A DNA stretch of 64,000 nucleotides from Candidatus Omnitrophota bacterium. Its GTDB lineage: Bacteria > Omnitrophota > Gorgyraeia > Gygaellales > Profunditerraquicolaceae. Shown one piece after another: positions 60,027 through 64,000 of this stretch (position 1 is the stretch's first letter; each line of letters begins with the position of its first letter). Location of the stretch: positions 16,374 through 80,373 of the forward strand of contig JAUYBI010000068.1 in NCBI GenBank assembly GCA_030693145.1. Reading direction: 5' to 3'. Made by a program: the position numbers and the translations under genes. The notes beneath the pieces were generated by a model. That model did not search any database, was not told where the DNA came from, and worked only from the letters and a program-made list of their open reading frames with translations.

Positions 60027-62134
60027 TTCAGTAACTTCATTACCGCCTCAAACACTTCCGCGGGGCTAATTTGCACCATACAGCTCTTTTTACGGCATTT
60101 AGTTTTATAACAAGGGCTGCAACGCAGCTGTTTATTCATCAGAATATAGTTTTTTCCGGGAGGCAGATGCCGGCGCGCATCCGTCGGGCCAAATAAGGCA
60201 ATAAACGGGGTGCCGACTGCCGAAGCAATGTGCAAAGGCGAAGAATCCGCGGAAATAAAAACCTGGCATTTTTTAATTAACACGGCTAATTCGTTGATAT
60301 TAGTTTTACCGCAGGCATTGATAACTTTGGCATTTTTTAAAGAATTAATCAGCATATTCGCCAGCGCTTGATCCTCCTGCGTTCCGGTAATAATTACGCG
60401 GATATCTTTTAACCCCAGCTCCTCGCATAGGCAAATCAAATATTCCAACGGCCAAAGTTTGGTACTCCATCTTTTAGATGCGCTAATATTAATTCCCACC
60501 ACCTTCTGCGCCTGGCTTAGCCACTGGGCATTAAGGAGTTCATCCACCGCTTTTTGATCTTCGGCCGACGGCCAAAGCTCCAATGCATTATTCAGCAGGT
60601 CAATTCCCAGCATTTTTAAGACCCTAAATTGGTGGGTTACCGGATCCTGCGGAAGCTTCTGGTCGCAAATAGCATGATTAAGCAGGAAAGAAAATTTCTT
60701 ATTATTATAACCATAACGGTTAATACATCCGCTAAGGTAAGCTAAGCTATGGCTAACGCGGCTGTTCTGCAGGTCAATAATCAGGTCAAAATTCTTTTTC
60801 CTTAAACTACGGCCGATCCCCCATAAACCCGCCGGGCCTTTATCTTTATTTTTTAAATCGCAGACCAACAACTCATCAATATGCGGGCTTCTTAAGAGAA
60901 TATCCTTAGATTCCTCGCTGATAAGAAAACTTATTTTGTAATTACCTTGCGCCCCGGATGTCCCTGCCGGGAATTTTTCCCGGATGGCCCTGAGTGCAGC
61001 CGTAGAGAGAATAACATCCCCTAAAGAGCTAAGCTTGATCACCAGGATCTTAAAATTATTTAAGACTTCGCGGTAAACATCCAAAGTATTTTTTACCATC
61101 AACTCCACATTGTATTTTTCTTTAACCTTAATATAAGCATTTTCCGCCAGCTCCCTGGCAAATTGCGCATCCTTGAAGATACGCATGACGGCCTCCGCCA
61201 TGCTGTTGGAATCCGCCGGAGGCACCAGGAGGCCATTTTTGCCGTCATCGATAATATCAATCACCCCTCCGACTTTAGTCGCTACCACCGGAACACCCGC
61301 AGCTTGCGCCTCAATCACCACCCGGCCAAATGCCTCATGAGTGGTCGTCGCTAAAACCAATAGATCCAGATGCGCTAATATTCCCGGAATATCCCTCTGC
61401 GTACCCAGAAACTCCGTGCAATGCCAGAGCCCAAGCCTGCGCACTAAAATCTGCAGTTCTTCCTTATACGCCTCCTTAGAAGCCGGGGCATCTCCGACAA
61501 TCCAGATCTTCAGGCGCGGCACTAACCTGGAAATATGCGCCATAGCTTTGATGAAATGCAAGTGCCCCTTTAAAGGAGTGATCCTGCCGACAATTCCGAC
61601 ATTAAAATCCTCTTTTCTTTTGGTTTTAGGATCCAGGTATTTAAATTTTTCCAGGTCTACGCTGCGCGGCACAAGCTTAATGCGTTCATGCGGCACAGAA
61701 AAATCTTCGATCATGTGCCTGGCAATCACATTGCTTAAGACAATCACTCTTTTTGCCCAGCCCATAACCACGCTAAATAAATGTTTTTTATAATAACCGT
61801 GGCAGGTGGTGACAAATACTGCCCGGCTCCGGCGGCAGGCAAAATAAGCAATCCAAGCCGGTACCCGGGAACGGGCATGCACGATATCAATCTCTTCCTT
61901 ATTAATTATTTCCACCAGCTTAGGAATTAATTTAAACATCGAAATAACGGATTTTTTATTTACCGGCAAACTGTAATGTTTGGCGCCGCCTGCCTCCAGC
62001 TCTTTGACCAGGGCTCCGCCGGCAGAGACAACCACGGATTTATGCCCCAGGCGCACCAGATACTTGGAAAGATCCAGTGTGCCGGTCTCTACTCCTCCGA
62101 CATTAAGTTCAGGCAATATCTGCAGTATTTTCAT
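60023..62134 (-). CDS. Bifunctional GT4 glycosyltransferase / GT9 heptosyltransferase fusion
   Basis: 703 aa. The N-terminal ~350 aa are GT4. The C-terminal ~350 aa are GT9 (LVIKLSSLGDVILST ... SADSSPLHIASAVG). Confidence 0.8.
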   Translation of the reverse strand: MKILQILPELNVGGVETGTLDLSKYLVRLGHKSVVVSAGGALVKELEAGGAKHYSLPVNKKSVISMFKLIPKLVEIINKEEIDIVHARSRVPAWIAYFACRRSRAVFVTTCHGYYKKHLFSVVMGWAKRVIVLSNVIARHMIEDFSVPHERIKLVPRSVDLEKFKYLDPKTKRKEDFNVGIVGRITPLKGHLHFIKAMAHISRLVPRLKIWIVGDAPASKEAYKEELQILVRRLGLWHCTEFLGTQRDIPGILAHLDLLVLATTTHEAFGRVVIEAQAAGVPVVATKVGGVIDIIDDGKNGLLVPPADSNSMAEAVMRIFKDAQFARELAENAYIKVKEKYNVELMVKNTLDVYREVLNNFKILVIKLSSLGDVILSTAALRAIREKFPAGTSGAQGNYKISFLISEESKDILLRSPHIDELLVCDLKNKDKGPAGLWGIGRSLRKKNFDLIIDLQNSRVSHSLAYLSGCINRYGYNNKKFSFLLNHAICDQKLPQDPVTHQFRVLKMLGIDLLNNALELWPSAEDQKAVDELLNAQWLSQAQKVVGINISASKRWSTKLWPLEYLICLCEELGLKDIRVIITGTQEDQALANMLINSLKNAKVINACGKTNINELAVLIKKCQVFISADSSPLHIASAVGTPFIALFGPTDARRHLPPGKNYILMNKQLRCSPCYKTKCRKKSCMVQISPAEVFEAVMKLLK

Positions 62135-64000
62135 AGTATTTTATCTAACGCCGCGCTTACCTTTAAGTTATCTTCAGGAAAATTCACTTCCGGATGATCT
62201 TGCCAAATTTCTTTAATAAAACCCGCCAAATCTTCGGTTTGTTTTAAATATATGTATTTTTTATTTTGATAATTTTTCAGGAAACGTTGGTGCTTGGCGC
62301 TAAGCTTACCGGAATTAAAAACTATAACATATTTTTTCGCGCAGACCGCCTCAGAAATCATGGAAATACTTTCCGGAGAGGTAACGATCATATTACTTAA
62401 TCCCAGCATCCCGCCTACGACATCCGGATTATTATTCTGGCGCGCGATAACTAAAAGTTTGCAACGCGCATAATTGCTGAATTCATTTTTAATCACTTCC
62501 TCCACTTCGCCGGTACTGCGGCGGGAAGTAGAGATCAGGATATCCGCATTTAGCCCTTCAGCGGATTTTTTAATTTCTTTGGCCAAAGCCGATATTTGTT
62601 CTGAGCCCAGAGAAAACCCCTTACTATTGCCGCCAATTAATACTCCGATACAAGGATGAAGTAGCGGGCTATTCAGCAGCCCGGACTGTTCTAATCCCTT
62701 AGCCTTTTGGCTTAAATAATCCGCATCAATTAAATTAAGCGCCCCTTCGGTAATCACCAGGTTACTTTGAGGGGCTGGCTGATCATGCCGGGGAATGACC
62801 GCTAAATTAAATTTCTTTAAACTTAAATTGGCCGGCCGCATCAATACCACGGATTTAGCCTGATTTTCTTTAGCCAAAAGATAATTTACCGCGCTAATTG
62901 CTCCTCCGGCGGAAATAATAATATCCGGTTTAAAACTAATCAAGCTCTGCCAGCTTTGGGAGGTTAAAGCATAACGTAAATAACGCAAGGATCCACCCTG
63001 CCCCCGGTATTTGCCGCTAAATCCAGCCACCCAGCTTAATATCAATCCGGATAGGGGCCGGCGAAATTTCACCTCCCCAACTGACAAATGAGTTTTTATA
63101 CCCCGGACAGCTAACTGCCGGCTGATTAATTTAGCTGCCCCTTCAGACTGGCGCAAATGCCCGGTCTTACTATCAGTAATGATTAAAACCTCTTTTTCTT
63201 TAGCATACTTATATATTTTATAAGTCCAGAGATATTCATGCGGATATTGACGAATATATTTTTCATAGATACTAATTAACCTTTGTAGATTCAGGCGCAG
63301 ATCGTTTTGGGAATCCGCGCTCCGGGTTACCGTAAAAACCTGATCCAGGATTACTTTGGTATACGGCCCTTTGACCCGCGTATAAAAAACCGGAATTATC
63401 GCGCAGTCATATTTTAAAGCTAATCTCACTGCCCCCGTAGACATGGAAGCTTCTTTACCAAAAAAATTAACCAACTGGCCATTTTTACCCCCTTGATCTG
63501 TAGTCATGCCAATTGACTGATTGCTCTTGAGCACCTCGACCAGCTGACGGATCCCGGTGTCTTTATGAATAATTTTTGCCCCTTGCTTAAGCCGGTAAGT
63601 ATTAAGCAAAGCGTTTAACCTGGGAAAACCTTGATCGCGCACAAATAAAATAAACGGAAAACCTAAATTCGCGCAAATAATATTGGAAAGTTCCCAATTA
63701 CCTTCATGCACGATAAGAAAAATTACTCCCTTACCCCGGTTAAAAGCCTCCTGAATACAATCCTTATTTTCAATATGGATGTATTTTTGCAGATATTGCT
63801 TATTTACCCGCGGAAGAAAAGAAATCTCCATCAGATTCTGGCCAAAGGCCTGATAAGCCCGGCGCGTAATCCTGGCACCAGAGGCGCAATCCAGATTATC
63901 GGAAACAGTCTTTCTAATATTGGCGTAGGCAACCGCCCGATGCCGCCGGTCAAATAGATAAATCAGATCCCCCAGCCTCCTGCCTAAAAAAAGGCTGAAA
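62131..64000 (-). CDS. LpxL/HtrB-family lipid A acyltransferase fused to a C-terminal ELM1/DUF1022-like domain; 5' end lies beyond the window
   Basis: The reading frame stays open upstream of the track's ATG to the window edge (…LGRRLGDLIYLFDRRHRAVAYANIRK… is an LPLAT N-region). HEGNWE matches the LpxL H(x)4E catalytic motif. The ~330-aa C-terminal domain is unassigned. Confidence 0.65.
   Translation of the reverse strand, partial: FSLFLGRRLGDLIYLFDRRHRAVAYANIRKTVSDNLDCASGARITRRAYQAFGQNLMEISFLPRVNKQYLQKYIHIENKDCIQEAFNRGKGVIFLIVHEGNWELSNIICANLGFPFILFVRDQGFPRLNALLNTYRLKQGAKIIHKDTGIRQLVEVLKSNQSIGMTTDQGGKNGQLVNFFGKEASMSTGAVRLALKYDCAIIPVFYTRVKGPYTKVILDQVFTVTRSADSQNDLRLNLQRLISIYEKYIRQYPHEYLWTYKIYKYAKEKEVLIITDSKTGHLRQSEGAAKLISRQLAVRGIKTHLSVGEVKFRRPLSGLILSWVAGFSGKYRGQGGSLRYLRYALTSQSWQSLISFKPDIIISAGGAISAVNYLLAKENQAKSVVLMRPANLSLKKFNLAVIPRHDQPAPQSNLVITEGALNLIDADYLSQKAKGLEQSGLLNSPLLHPCIGVLIGGNSKGFSLGSEQISALAKEIKKSAEGLNADILISTSRRSTGEVEEVIKNEFSNYARCKLLVIARQNNNPDVVGGMLGLSNMIVTSPESISMISEAVCAKKYVIVFNSGKLSAKHQRFLKNYQNKKYIYLKQTEDLAGFIKEIWQDHPEVNFPEDNLKVSAALDKIL

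Overview
This 64-kb window comes from a low-GC (about 42%) Gram-negative (diderm) bacterium, and almost every gene lies on the minus strand. From 1 to about 41.4 kb it is housekeeping and envelope-biogenesis content, in this order:
- folD (partial), a cyclodeaminase-domain gene, yraN, rnhB, rplS, trmD
- a queuosine cluster: tgt, a DUF120/riboflavin-kinase-like gene, queA, queH
- ruvB, scpA, trpS
- rimP-nusA-infB, proS, an orphan cpaF/tadA-like ATPase
- uppS-cdsA-dxr-rseP-ispG
- a GH57 branching enzyme with its DUF4912 partner, an OmpA-like lipoprotein, purA, a LeuA-family synthase
- serA with a class-V aminotransferase, clpP, a short trigger factor
- lptB and an LptA/C-like gene, kdsC, kdsD, kdsA, kdsB, hldA-like

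From 55.8 to 64 kb the LPS locus continues with fused GT9 and GT4 core glycosyltransferases and an LpxL-family fusion that runs off the window edge.

Between these two halves of the LPS locus (about 41.5-55.8 kb) sits an accessory island. It carries:
- a yefM/relE toxin-antitoxin pair
- an IS200-like REP-associated tyrosine transposase (RAYT), with a duplicated internal fragment
- a complete diversity-generating retroelement (DGR): a target gene whose 3' variable repeat (VR) encodes a C-type-lectin-like fold, an Avd-like gene, a 128-bp template repeat (TR) differing from the VR only at adenine positions, and a reverse transcriptase with the IGNLTSQ and YMDD motifs
- immediately downstream, a 2434-aa signal-peptide protein built from bacterial Ig-like (Big_1) repeats, and a small membrane-anchored protein

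The window is also littered with at least three families of structured intergenic palindromic repeats. Some of them flank the DGR cassette and bracket avd. A (GTCT)~14 microsatellite sits upstream of the DGR target gene. No rRNA, tRNA or CRISPR was detected.
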